NCBI GenBank assembly: GCA_946624575.1 | Contig: CAMOSH010000001.1 | Coordinates: 7,778-71,777, forward strand | Source of the DNA: an uncultured Verrucomicrobiota bacterium | GTDB lineage: Bacteria; Verrucomicrobiota; Kiritimatiellia; RFP12; UBA3636 | Direction: 5' to 3' | DNA: 64,000 nucleotides | In this document: piece after piece, positions 38,258 to 47,638 of the stretch | How positions within the stretch are numbered: position 1 is the first letter of the stretch | How the letters are laid out: each line of letters opens with the position of its first letter | Position numbers and translations under genes: made by a program | Notes under the pieces: model-generated | The model's input: the letters and a program-made list of their open reading frames with translations, nothing else | Database searches by the model: none | What the model was told of the DNA's origin: nothing

Positions 38258-40452
38258 CTACGCTCGACCTTTCGCAGGGCTGGAGCCTTGCCCGGGCGGA
38301 GAGGCCGCGCGAACGCTCGCGCCACTGTTCCGCGCCGTGCAGCGTCCTTTCCGTTCTGCGCGAACACGGCGAAATCCCGGATCCGCTTGTCGGATCCTCG
38401 ATCCCCGACGGCGTCCGCGACGCGCTCGCGGAAGACTGGGTTTTCGTGCGGCAATTCGACTCTCCGCCGGATTTTTCCGACGCGGCCGACGTGCGGCTTG
38501 AAATCGACTCGCTGGACACGCGGGCGGAAGTGACGCTTGGAAACGCGACGCTCGCGCGCTCGCGCGATCCCTGGCGTCCGCTTTCGCTACCGGTGCGCGA
38601 CGTGCTGAAGCCCGGTCGCAACGTCCTGCGCATTCGCTTTCCGCGGGAAACGCGCGAGACTGCGCCGGACAAGCCGGCGCTAGCGTTCGGGTCCTCGTGG
38701 AGTCCGGCTCTGCCCGACAGGGGCATCGCCGGCGGGGTTCGCCTTCGCGCCTGGAGCGGTGCCCGCCTGGCCTCGGTCGGCTGCGGGCAAAGACACGCGG
38801 CGGCCGGTCCGGCGGAACTGCTTGTCGGCGGATGGGTCGAGAGCCAGCTCGGTCCGGGCGCCCCTGACGCCGCTTCTCTCGTGGTGCGCGTGAAAGTGCG
38901 CGACTCCGCAGGCGCCCCGATTTTCGACGGACGTGCCACGATGTCGCCCGGCGGTGGCGGCGCGTACCAGGCCGTCGTCCGCATTGCCGAGCCGCGGCTC
39001 TGGTGGCCGGCCGGTCTCGGAGAACAGCCGCTCTACGAAGTCGAAGTCTCGCTTTTCCGCTTTGTTCGGCGCGGGACCCCGGCGCTGCTGCTCGATTCCA
39101 GAAGCCTGCGAATCGGACTGCGTACGCTGCGAACCGAAGAGCGGCCGGACGGCACGGTCGCGATGCTGTGCAACGGGCGGAATGCGTTTCTGCGCGGGGC
39201 GGTGTGGGCGGCGCCGCCTCAATGCGTTGGCGCCCCCGCGGCCGCCGCCGCGATGGAAGTGGCGCTCACGTCGCTGCGCGATGCCAACGCGAACGCGGTG
39301 ACGCTCGCGCCGGGCGCGCCTCCCCCTCCCGAAGAATTCTGGGATTTGTGCGACGCGCTCGGCCTCGTGGTTCTTGGCGCGGCCGATCCCGCCGCGCGCG
39401 CCGCGGAGGCGGATTCCATTTCCGCGCCGGCCTTTCTCGCTCATCCGTGCATTCCCGACAATCCGGCCGCCGAACCCACGGAGGAGACCGGTCTGCGCTT
39501 CGGGCGTTCTGCGGTCGCCTGGCCCGACGCGGAAACGCTCCGCGCCGCGCTGCCCGACGGAGGGCGCAATCCCAATTGCCCTGCGCTTGACGCGCGTTGC
39601 GCGTTGAGGGGTGGGGGATCCGCCCTTGTGGCGGCCATTGCCGCGGAGTGGCCGGTTCCGGCGCGGGCGGACCTCTGGTTCAGGTTGTCGCAGCTCGCCG
39701 CCGCCGCGCGGTTTCGCGCGTTCGCCGCGTCTGTCCGTTCGGATCCCCGCGCGACTGGCCTTTTCATCGAGCCGCTGCAGTCGCTTTGGGCCGCCGCCGA
39801 CGCGTCGGCGATCGATTCCGACGGTCGTCCCAAGGCCCTGCTCCACGAGGCGGCGCGTTCGTTTGCGCCGGAATCCCTTTTCGCGCGCATCGACTCCGAG
39901 GGCCGACCGGAGGCGCTTTTCGTGAATTCCACAGCGCTGACGCGACGCGCTCTGTCGCTTCACTGGCGTCTCGCGACGCTGGACGGTCGCTCGATTGCGC
40001 AGGGCCGGCTTCCCATTCTGGTTCCCGCGTTCGAGACGCGCCGCATCGCGCTGCCGCCTGCCGCGGCGCCGGGGCGCGGGGACGACCCAGCGTCCGTCGC
40101 GCTCTGGCTCGCCGTCCGCGACTCCGAGGGATTCACGATCGCGCGGGACTTTCTCCTGTTCGCGCCGCCGCGCGCCCTTGCTCTGCAGGATCCCGCGCTT
40201 TCGCTTTCCGTCACGCAGCTCCCCGACCAGGACGGCGAACAGGTTTTCCGCGTCGCGGTTTCGGCAGGCGCCGCCGCGTTCGGTGTGCGGCTTGAAAGCG
40301 ACGCCGTGCCGGCGCTTTTCGGAGACAACGACTTCGCGCTCGACCCGGACGAGACGCTGGAAGTCCCGGCCACGCCGCTGACGCGCACTGACGCGGTGCG
40401 GTTCAGGGCCGCGCTACGTGTTTCGTCGCTTTACGATATCGCAGCCCGCTGA
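38254..40452 (+). CDS. glycoside hydrolase family 2-like (beta-mannosidase-like) protein
   Basis: N-terminal sugar-binding-domain pattern (GWSLARAER...VLSVLREHGEIPDP, compare beta-mannosidase VHTDLLAAGLIPDPF) and LEIDSLDTRAEVTLGNATL (compare FEGVDTYADVYLNG). The catalytic residues were not confirmed. Confidence 0.45.
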   Translation: MTTLDLSQGWSLARAERPRERSRHCSAPCSVLSVLREHGEIPDPLVGSSIPDGVRDALAEDWVFVRQFDSPPDFSDAADVRLEIDSLDTRAEVTLGNATLARSRDPWRPLSLPVRDVLKPGRNVLRIRFPRETRETAPDKPALAFGSSWSPALPDRGIAGGVRLRAWSGARLASVGCGQRHAAAGPAELLVGGWVESQLGPGAPDAASLVVRVKVRDSAGAPIFDGRATMSPGGGGAYQAVVRIAEPRLWWPAGLGEQPLYEVEVSLFRFVRRGTPALLLDSRSLRIGLRTLRTEERPDGTVAMLCNGRNAFLRGAVWAAPPQCVGAPAAAAAMEVALTSLRDANANAVTLAPGAPPPPEEFWDLCDALGLVVLGAADPAARAAEADSISAPAFLAHPCIPDNPAAEPTEETGLRFGRSAVAWPDAETLRAALPDGGRNPNCPALDARCALRGGGSALVAAIAAEWPVPARADLWFRLSQLAAAARFRAFAASVRSDPRATGLFIEPLQSLWAAADASAIDSDGRPKALLHEAARSFAPESLFARIDSEGRPEALFVNSTALTRRALSLHWRLATLDGRSIAQGRLPILVPAFETRRIALPPAAAPGRGDDPASVALWLAVRDSEGFTIARDFLLFAPPRALALQDPALSLSVTQLPDQDGEQVFRVAVSAGAAAFGVRLESDAVPALFGDNDFALDPDETLEVPATPLTRTDAVRFRAALRVSSLYDIAAR

Positions 40453-40484
40453 CTTGCGCCCGCGCGGAGCTCGAAAGGCGGAAG

Positions 40485-41156
40485 TCATGCGAAGGTGTAG
40501 ACGCCTTCCACCGAAACCTTGGCGAAGTGCGCCGCGATCGCCGCATCGTATGCCGCTGTGTGCGCGAACGCCTTCTGCATGAGGCGGAAGCGGGTCGCGA
40601 GCGAAAGCTTGCCGCCCGAGGCGCGCAGTTCGGAAAGCAGCGCGGGATAGTCGGCCGTGTCGGTCACGGAGGCCACGCGGATGAAATTCTTGGCGGAGGC
40701 GCGGATCATGCACGGTCCGCCGATGTCGATGTTGGAACGGCAGTCCTCAGGCGACACCCCGGGCTGCGAGGCCACTTTTTGGAAGGGGTAGAGATTGCCG
40801 ACGACCATGTCGATTTCCACGGCGCCCGTGCGCTTGAGATCGGCCTGGTGCGCCTCGTTGTAGTGCTCTCCGAGAAGTCCAAGGTAGATCTTGAAGTCGA
40901 GCGTCTTGACGAGCCCGCCCTGCATTTCCGGCTGCCCCGTGTAGTCGGATACCTGCACGAGCTGGGACGCCGCAGCGTCGCCAAGCGCCGCCGCAAGTGC
41001 CTTGTAGGTGCCGCCCGTGCTGTAGAAGCGGATGCCCGGGCACGTTTCGAGCAGCCCTTTTGCGAACGCTTCGATGCCGGTTTTGTCGAAGAGGCTCACG
41101 AGAACGTTCCGCACGGAAACGAGATCGTCGATTTTGGTGACGTGATTGAAGGCCAT
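40485..41156 (-). CDS. standalone IMP cyclohydrolase domain (PurH N-terminal MGS-like domain), no AICAR transformylase domain
   Basis: 223 aa: MAFNHVTKIDDLVSVRNVLVSLFDKTGIEAFAKGL...STGGTYKAL...VSDYTGQPEMQGGLVKTLDFKIYLGLLG...MVVGNLYPF...IDIGGPCMIRASAKN...LATRFRLMQKAFAHTAAYDAAIA is collinear with PurH residues 1-200. The long track ORF 40485..43844 is otherwise antisense noise. Confidence 0.7.
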   Translation of the reverse strand: MAFNHVTKIDDLVSVRNVLVSLFDKTGIEAFAKGLLETCPGIRFYSTGGTYKALAAALGDAAASQLVQVSDYTGQPEMQGGLVKTLDFKIYLGLLGEHYNEAHQADLKRTGAVEIDMVVGNLYPFQKVASQPGVSPEDCRSNIDIGGPCMIRASAKNFIRVASVTDTADYPALLSELRASGGKLSLATRFRLMQKAFAHTAAYDAAIAAHFAKVSVEGVYTFA

Positions 41157-41224
41157 GGCAATGTGTCGTTGGTATGTTGAACGAAAGAATTTTGAAAGTT
41201 TTTTTAGTTGCAAAGCACGCAGAG

Positions 41225-41340
41225 TTCGCAGTGAAGTCTTTGAGTCCCTTTGAGTCCTTTGAGTCTCTTGAGTCCTTTGAGTTCTTTGAGTTCTTTGAGT
41301 CTCTTTGAGTCCTTTGAGTCCCTTTGAGTCCCTTGTGTCC
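41225..41340. repeat. tandem 9-10 bp repeat (about 12 copies of CTTTGAGTC(C)) upstream of the IMP-cyclohydrolase gene
   Basis: tctttgagtccctttgagtcctttgagtctcttgagtcctttgagttctttgagttctttgagtctctttgagtcctttgagtccctttgagtcccttgtgtcc. Intergenic between the symporter stop (41411) and the IMPCH start (41156). Confidence 0.7.
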
Positions 41341-41410
41341 CTTAGCGGCTGAAAAAAAATCAGCGGCCATGTGCTTGAACCATCATGGGAGGCCAGCGGA
41401 CTTTCGACTT

Positions 41411-43978
41411 TTACTTGTGCCATGTCATTCCGTTGTCGGAATCGTCGGCAACGCGCTTGTCCAGGTCCTTGAAGAGCTGGATGCCGTCGCGGATGCCGCC
41501 CCAGAGGAACCACACGGTCGAGACGCACCCGACGAGAATCGGGATGATGAGGCTCGTGATGAAGTAGTACTTTCCCCACCAGGCCTTGGGCCAGGGCGAA
41601 ACCGTGTTCCAGAAGAACACGAGCAAAAATGCGATCCCGAGACGGTAGCAAATCGAATAGACGAACACCGACCAGGCGATGATCTTGTCGCCGCGCGTGT
41701 ACTCGCTGTCGATTCCCACGATGCGCTGCAGAATCGATACCTTGACTTTGCCGCGCGCCGCGATGCGGGCCTTTTCGGCTTCGTCGGCGTATTCGCCGCG
41801 GTGCAGCATCTTGTCGAGGTTGAACGGCTTGCACCAGCCGGCCTTGAGCGCGATCCACGAGCCCAGGCAGTACGCGATCAGGGAAAGTACCATCGACAGT
41901 CCGTAGATTTCCGTGGAGTTCATGAAGAACTTCTCGCGGAAGAGCTGCAGAGCCTGTTCGAGAGAGCTCTCGCCGGAGTTGTACCCGAACGACCAGTCCA
42001 CCCACGGGTTGAGCGGCTTGGCGAGTTTGGCGAAGAAATGGAACACGCCCTCGGTCCAGCCGTGGCTGGCGAGCATCGGAATCACGTGCGCCGACCACGT
42101 GCGCTGCATGACGAGCCCGAAGAGCGAGAATCCGCTGCCGAATATGATCGAGCCCCACGCGCCCACGATGTTTCCGAAGCGGCTGTAGAGTCCGAACACC
42201 ATGATCGTGCCGCCGCCGCCAAGCCAGACGGCGCACATGATCTGCGTGAACATGGCGATGTAGTCGAGCTGGCTGAAGAACACCGCCACCACGAAGAAGA
42301 AGAGCGCCACAGCCACTGCCGACCAGCGCAGGTACGCGATGTGCTGCCTGCTCGTGAGCGGTTTCTTGCGGAAGGGCAGGATCACGTCCTGCACCCAGGT
42401 CGAGGACGCGTTGAAGATGCGCGAGTCGTCGGTCGAGACGAGCAGCATCAGCATGAGAAGCGCGAAGAGTCCGATGACGCCCGTTGGCAGAATCTGGCGC
42501 AGCGTGACCGGGAGCATCATCTGCCCGTAGAGCGTGCGGACCTTCTGCGCCTGCTTGGCGTTTTCGCCCTGCACCGCCGCCAGTTCCGGCGACGGCGTTG
42601 GCACTTCGACGCCGGGGTCCGTCCTGTGACGCTCGGTCGCCACGCGGATCGACTCGGCCTCGGCCTTGAGCGAGTCCGGGATGTTGGCGTTGATGGCGGC
42701 GCGCGCCGTGTCGATGTATGGAGTGTCGTTGTTCTTCAGTTGCGACAGCGGCATGTTGACTTCGAGGTACGCCGCCAGTTCCGGGCTCGGCTCCGGAAGC
42801 GCCGGGCCGCGCGGGTTCGTCGTGAGCGCCTGCATCGTCGCGAAGTATTGGTCGTGCTCGGCGCGGATCGCCTCCGGCACCGGATCCTTCACGACCTTGT
42901 GGACGGGCGGCGGGAGCGCTTCGAGGTCGGCGGCGATTTTTTCGCGCACCGCTTCGTCCGGCACGGCCTCGGACGCGACCTTGTTCAGCAGCGCGATGCG
43001 GGTGCGGTGAGAGGAAAACTTGCCGTGGGCGCCTGGGAAAATGAACGCCTCGTGGTTCATCACGGTGATGACGAGAAGCGTCACAAGTCCGATCATCGTG
43101 TAGGCGAAGCCGTTGCGCCACGTGCCGAGGACGCCGGCCATCTTCTGCTCGTGCGGGGTGCGGCCGGAGTTCGTCGTATCGTTGCCGAACCACGAGGCGC
43201 GCTGCAGGATTGCCGCCGCAAGCGTGACGCCGAGCGCGAACATGTTGAAGTCGCGCAGCTTCGCGACGTCGAACGGGTTGAGGAAGCTTTCGCCGGGAAC
43301 GCGGTCCATCATGACCGGCTCCATGGTCGTGCCCCAGTTGTAGTTGAAGAAGATGTAGCCGGCGATGATGACGAAAATCGGGTAGGAGAGCAGCGCCTGC
43401 ACTGTGTCGGTGATCAGCAGCGAGATGCGGCCGGCCGGCCAGATCGCGATCGTCGCGAGCGTGAGCGAGATGGCGACGAGGATCGCGAAGCACGGGAGGT
43501 TCACTCCGAAGACGTGGATGCGGTGCGGCAGTCCCAGGAAGTAGATGAAGAAGTTGGCGGCGATCGCCGGGCCGATCGCGTTGGTGATCATTTCGGAGAA
43601 GTTGCGCAGCGTCGCGCAGAAGATGCGGAACGTGCGGTTGTAGCGCATCTCGATGAACTGGCCGAACGAGAGCGCGCGCGTCGCGCGCCAGCGGTAGACG
43701 CAGTATCCGGAAAGCCCCAGGAACATTCCCAGCGGCATCGTGAGAATGCCCCAGAAGCCCATGGCCGAACCGGCGCGGTACGTCTGCTCGCAGTTGGCGA
43801 CGAGCGTGATCACGGACAGCGCCGCCGCCACGTCCCCGACGCACATCACGTAGCGCCCCGCAACGCGCCCGGCGGCTAGGAAGTCCACTACGTCGCGCGC
43901 GTACTTTTTCGCGTAGATCGCCAGGCCGAGAACGGCGGCGAGCGGGATGAGCATGATGAACCAGTCTATGATGTGCAT
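41411..43978 (-). CDS. sodium:solute symporter family (SSS) transporter with large hydrophilic insertion
   Basis: Multi-TM SSS-like N-terminal half (MHIIDWFIMLIPLAAVLGLAIYAKKY...), an insert of roughly 200 aa (hydrophilic, Pro/Ala/Glu-rich), then further TM helices. 855 aa. Confidence 0.65.
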   Translation of the reverse strand: MHIIDWFIMLIPLAAVLGLAIYAKKYARDVVDFLAAGRVAGRYVMCVGDVAAALSVITLVANCEQTYRAGSAMGFWGILTMPLGMFLGLSGYCVYRWRATRALSFGQFIEMRYNRTFRIFCATLRNFSEMITNAIGPAIAANFFIYFLGLPHRIHVFGVNLPCFAILVAISLTLATIAIWPAGRISLLITDTVQALLSYPIFVIIAGYIFFNYNWGTTMEPVMMDRVPGESFLNPFDVAKLRDFNMFALGVTLAAAILQRASWFGNDTTNSGRTPHEQKMAGVLGTWRNGFAYTMIGLVTLLVITVMNHEAFIFPGAHGKFSSHRTRIALLNKVASEAVPDEAVREKIAADLEALPPPVHKVVKDPVPEAIRAEHDQYFATMQALTTNPRGPALPEPSPELAAYLEVNMPLSQLKNNDTPYIDTARAAINANIPDSLKAEAESIRVATERHRTDPGVEVPTPSPELAAVQGENAKQAQKVRTLYGQMMLPVTLRQILPTGVIGLFALLMLMLLVSTDDSRIFNASSTWVQDVILPFRKKPLTSRQHIAYLRWSAVAVALFFFVVAVFFSQLDYIAMFTQIMCAVWLGGGGTIMVFGLYSRFGNIVGAWGSIIFGSGFSLFGLVMQRTWSAHVIPMLASHGWTEGVFHFFAKLAKPLNPWVDWSFGYNSGESSLEQALQLFREKFFMNSTEIYGLSMVLSLIAYCLGSWIALKAGWCKPFNLDKMLHRGEYADEAEKARIAARGKVKVSILQRIVGIDSEYTRGDKIIAWSVFVYSICYRLGIAFLLVFFWNTVSPWPKAWWGKYYFITSLIIPILVGCVSTVWFLWGGIRDGIQLFKDLDKRVADDSDNGMTWHK

Positions 43979-44133
43979 CTCTTATGGAAAGTTGTTTGCG
44001 GGTGGTTGGTGGAAAATGTGGCGGAGACTATCTGCGGGAGAGTAGGTTCCGCCGACTGCGGACAAGAACAAAAAGGGCTTTTGCGCGCTGTGCGCCGGGA
44101 AGGGCGGGGTAGGGGCTCCGCGCGCCGGCGCGA

Positions 44134-44679
44134 CTAGCGCGCCCAGGCGAGGACTTCGGCCGATAGCGGCGAAACCGCCTCGATCGAAATCTCCTCTTCG
44201 GTGAATTCGCCGTCGAAATCGGGATCGGGCAGCTGCACCACGCAGACCTGCCCGGCGCGGGCGCCCTCGACGGCGCGTGCAAGCGGCGCCCGCCGGGAGA
44301 CTATTCCAAGAGCCTCGTCGCCGTCCCAGTCGCCCAGAATCGAGATTGTGCGCGTGGTGCCGTCCGAGTAGCGTATCGACACGGACGACCCCGGTCCCGC
44401 GACGCCCTCCGGCGGCGTGTAGGCCGAGAAATCGAACACCGTCATCGACTGGAGCTCCTCGCGGAGCCGCGTCTGGCGCTCGATCAGCTGGCGTTCGCGG
44501 TTGCGGGCGCTTTCATATTCGAAGTTTTCCGACAGGTCGCCGAATTCCTTGGCTTCCTGGATGTCGCGCCTGTTGCGCGGCATCTCCTCGTTGACTATTT
44601 TGTCCAGCTGCGCCTTCCGCGCCCGGTATCCGCGCGCGGATGTCGCCCGTTCGGGCAGCGTGGTCAGCTGCGCGTCCAT
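44134..44679 (-). CDS. greA: transcript cleavage factor GreA/GreB family
   Basis: Coiled-coil tip FGDLSENFEYESAR (compare GreA HGDLKENAEYHAAR) and C-terminal FKBP-like domain. 181 aa. Confidence 0.65.
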   Translation of the reverse strand: MDAQLTTLPERATSARGYRARKAQLDKIVNEEMPRNRRDIQEAKEFGDLSENFEYESARNRERQLIERQTRLREELQSMTVFDFSAYTPPEGVAGPGSSVSIRYSDGTTRTISILGDWDGDEALGIVSRRAPLARAVEGARAGQVCVVQLPDPDFDGEFTEEEISIEAVSPLSAEVLAWAR

Positions 44680-47303
44680 TCCACGATCTCCTGGGGCAGG
44701 GGCTCAATGGAAACGACCGTGGCGGCAAGCGCCTCGTCGCCGTCGGACGGGATTTCGACCTTGTCGCCGACGCGATGGTCCATGACGGCACGCGCGACCG
44801 GGGTCTTGAACGAGACTATGCCCAGCTCCGGCGCGCTGTCCCATTCGCCGAGAAGCGCGTACGACTTGCGGGCGCCGTCCGCGAATTCCAGCGTCACGTA
44901 GGATCCCAGGCCGGCGAGTTCGATCTCGGCGTCGCCCTCCTGGGCGAAATCGAATGCCGAAACGCGCTTGAGATCCGCTTCCAGCTGCTGCTGGCGCGCG
45001 ACGAGTTCGCGCTCCTTGGCGCGGGCGCTTTCGTACTCGAAGTTTTCGGAAAGGTCGCCGAAGCCCTTGGCAAATTCGATGTCCTTGCGGTTCTGCGGCA
45101 TCTCCACGTCCATCAGATGGCGGTATTGCGCCTGGCGCTCGCGGATCGAGCGGATCGACGAGACGTTTTCAGCGGTTTCGCCGCGCGCCGGGGCGGGACG
45201 TTCCGCCGGAACCGAATCCTGAAGATCGGGGAACTTTGCGAGGAGGTTGGCAATGAGGTGCCGCTTCTTCAGCGGTTCCCAGATGCCTTCCATTCCCTGA
45301 AGCCGGATAAACACGGACGCGCGGCTTTCGTGGTCCATCTTCTCCATGAGCGGGAAGAGCCACTTGCACCCTTCGTCGATTTCGGCGGCAATCTTCGACG
45401 CGGCCGAAGTGTCGCGCCGGCCGGACACGAACAGCTTGCGTATGTCGTTCTTCATGCGGAGATTCTCCTTCTCCGCCTGGAAGCCGAGGGCGATGCTGGC
45501 CGTGGTGACGATCGCGTACGGGGAGACAACCTCGAAGAGCGCCTCGGAAAGCTTCGCGGATGCGGCCGCGTGGCATATCCAGCGCAGCAGCGGCATCGAA
45601 AGGCCGGGGGTGCCGCGCCTTGCGGCCGGGTACCGCCCGTCGTCCGCCGCGCCGTCCGCCTCGACGTATTCGGCGTCGTCTTCGACCGGGGCCTCCGGAT
45701 TGTGGATGCGGCCCTGCGCGAACTGTTCGCGAATCTTGGCCGCGAACGCATCCTTCGCGGGTCCGGAGAGAAGCTTCGGCGCGATGTGCTCGACGAGATT
45801 GGCGGTCATGTACGGAACCGCCTCGACGAAGCGCGACGCGACTTCAGTATCCTTGTCCAGCGGAATCGCCGCCAGAAGCGCCTCCATCTGGCCGGCCGGC
45901 AGCGTCTTCGATGCGTCCAGCACGACGAGCGGCTTGCAGAGTGTGCCCGCGGGATCGACGGCGGAGCACGTGTCGTCCGTGAACGCGAACGATTCGAGCA
46001 GGTCGTAGCGTGTGGACTCGTTCACGAGCAGCGGCACCGGGAGAGACGAGAGCCCGGCCTTGAGCGCCAGCAGGAGCGCCTGGACTTTGGCGCGGTTGCC
46101 GAGTTTGCGGTCTGCCACGGACGCCTTGACCACGAACGCGAGCCTGTCGCGAATCGCGGCGGCGGTCTCCGCCGGAAGCTTGTCGGCCGGCGTCGCCTGA
46201 AGCCAGGCCGCGGTCTGGTCGAGGATGAACTTGGCGTCGCGGCTCGCCACGAAGTCGCGCAGCGTCTTGTCCGCCTGCGCGGCGGCGTGGGTTTCGGCGC
46301 TGCCTGACCGCACCAGTTCCACCGGTGCGGTCTTCTTAACGGCCGGGGGCAGCACTACCATCGGATCCTTCGAGAGCTGGGCGCGCGCCTTGGTCCAGAA
46401 CGCCTTCCACTCCGTTCCGGCCGGCAGAAGCTTGAGTTCGGTGAAGATCGTCTCGATGCGGCCGGGCGTCATGTCGCCCCACGACTTGAGCGCGAGCTTC
46501 ACGACTTCGCCGGGATTTTCCGCGATCTGCTTGTCGAACGCGGCCGGGTCCGCGTGCCTCACGGAAAGCAGGTGTTCGGGGCCGATGAACGAAAGCGAGT
46601 CCACCGCGAACGCGAAGCCGAGGTCGCGGACCTTGTCCGGCTCCGAGTCGAATTTGACGCCGACAGTGCGGTAGAAGTCGTCTTCCCGCTCCACGATTCC
46701 GTAGCCGCGGACCTTGTCGGCCACCACCGTTCCGGGTTTGAGCGCCAGCAGAAACGCCAGTCGGTCGAGCGCGGCCACCGGCGGCTTGCGCCCAAGCCCC
46801 GACGACTCTATCTTGGCCGCGACGAGACGGTCCTTCGTGGCCGATGCGAGCAGGGCGGCGCATTCGTTGCCGTACGCGATGCGATTGCCCGTCCAGCGCG
46901 CCTTGAGGCGCAGCAGTCGCGCCAGCGAGACGATGTCGTGCATGTCGACGAAGCGCTGCTCGGCCACGAGGAACGCCTGGTCGCGGTATTGCTGCTCCTG
47001 CTGGTTCTTCGAATCGTTGAGGAGAAGCGCCAGATCGTGCATCCAGCCGAGGATTTTTGCCGCGTCTGGCACGGGGCGTTCTGCCTCGGTGACCACGAGA
47101 GCGCAGAGATCTGTTGTCGAAAGTGCGGAATTTGCTGGAGTTTCGTCGGACATGGCGCGGGCTTTCCTGGACTGATTCCGCGGCGCGTCGGGATTTGCGC
47201 CGGGAAAAAAAGGGATTTCGGGTTGTTCACCCGATGCGACGCGCGGAGGATACCACAATCCCCGCCGGAATGAAACGGAAAATTTCCGGCTCGCGTTTTT
47301 CAA
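44664..47303 (-). CDS. large GreA-domain protein: roughly 640-aa N-terminal domain of unknown function fused to a complete GreA module
   Basis: C-terminal 170 aa: IRERQAQYRHLMDVEMPQNRKDIEFAKGFGDLSENFEYESARAKERE... plus an FKBP-like domain. The N-terminal region has no recognisable family. Probable start at MSDETPAN (47153). 16-bp overlap with the downstream greA paralog. Confidence 0.5.
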   Translation of the reverse strand: MKNASRKFSVSFRRGLWYPPRVASGEQPEIPFFPGANPDAPRNQSRKARAMSDETPANSALSTTDLCALVVTEAERPVPDAAKILGWMHDLALLLNDSKNQQEQQYRDQAFLVAEQRFVDMHDIVSLARLLRLKARWTGNRIAYGNECAALLASATKDRLVAAKIESSGLGRKPPVAALDRLAFLLALKPGTVVADKVRGYGIVEREDDFYRTVGVKFDSEPDKVRDLGFAFAVDSLSFIGPEHLLSVRHADPAAFDKQIAENPGEVVKLALKSWGDMTPGRIETIFTELKLLPAGTEWKAFWTKARAQLSKDPMVVLPPAVKKTAPVELVRSGSAETHAAAQADKTLRDFVASRDAKFILDQTAAWLQATPADKLPAETAAAIRDRLAFVVKASVADRKLGNRAKVQALLLALKAGLSSLPVPLLVNESTRYDLLESFAFTDDTCSAVDPAGTLCKPLVVLDASKTLPAGQMEALLAAIPLDKDTEVASRFVEAVPYMTANLVEHIAPKLLSGPAKDAFAAKIREQFAQGRIHNPEAPVEDDAEYVEADGAADDGRYPAARRGTPGLSMPLLRWICHAAASAKLSEALFEVVSPYAIVTTASIALGFQAEKENLRMKNDIRKLFVSGRRDTSAASKIAAEIDEGCKWLFPLMEKMDHESRASVFIRLQGMEGIWEPLKKRHLIANLLAKFPDLQDSVPAERPAPARGETAENVSSIRSIRERQAQYRHLMDVEMPQNRKDIEFAKGFGDLSENFEYESARAKERELVARQQQLEADLKRVSAFDFAQEGDAEIELAGLGSYVTLEFADGARKSYALLGEWDSAPELGIVSFKTPVARAVMDHRVGDKVEIPSDGDEALAATVVSIEPLPQEIVEWTRS

Positions 47304-47357
47304 GGCGATTTCGGGGCGAAGCCCCCTTCGCCGCTGCGGCGGTCGCGCCCCGGTTCT

Positions 47358-47594
47358 TCACCTTAGGCCCCAGAACTTCTGCAGCGCGGCGGCGATCGCG
47401 AGCGCGATTTCCTGTTTGCGTCCCGCTGGCGCCGGCCGCGGTTTCGCGGGATCAGGGTCCGGGAGCATCCAGGAAAGCTTTGGCACGATGCGGGCCAGCA
47501 GCTGCATAAGGAACACCAGGACCACGAGGAATGAAAAGACCAAGGTCATGCCCATTGTCATGAGAATGATCGAGGAAAGCAGTTTTTCGTTCAT
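47358..47594 (-). CDS. OadG-like small membrane protein (Na+-decarboxylase gamma-subunit family), orphan
   Basis: 78 aa: MNEKLLSSIILMTMGMTLVFSFLVVLVFLM (single TM), Pro/Ala linker PDPDPAKPRPAPAG, then EIALAIAAAL, the OadG-like architecture. No alpha/beta subunit genes nearby. Confidence 0.4.
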   Translation of the reverse strand: MNEKLLSSIILMTMGMTLVFSFLVVLVFLMQLLARIVPKLSWMLPDPDPAKPRPAPAGRKQEIALAIAAALQKFWGLR

Positions 47595-47638
47595 TTCGGT
47601 TTGCGTTGTTTCAGGATGGGTTCATGGATCGCGCGGAA

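Noticed and set aside
38680-39963. 427-aa minus-strand ORF inside the GH2-like gene
   Set aside because: Antisense shadow ORF with Arg/Gly-rich composition.
41225-41340. Possible CRISPR array
   Set aside because: The units are contiguous 9-10-bp tandem copies with no unique spacers, and no cas genes are present. This is a microsatellite-like repeat, not a CRISPR.
41157-43844. Upstream part of the 1119-aa track ORF 40485..43844 (-), and the 851-aa + ORF 41324..43879
   Set aside because: Only the last 223 codons (40485..41156) encode the PurH-like domain. The rest crosses the tandem repeat and lies antisense to, or out of frame with, the symporter gene.
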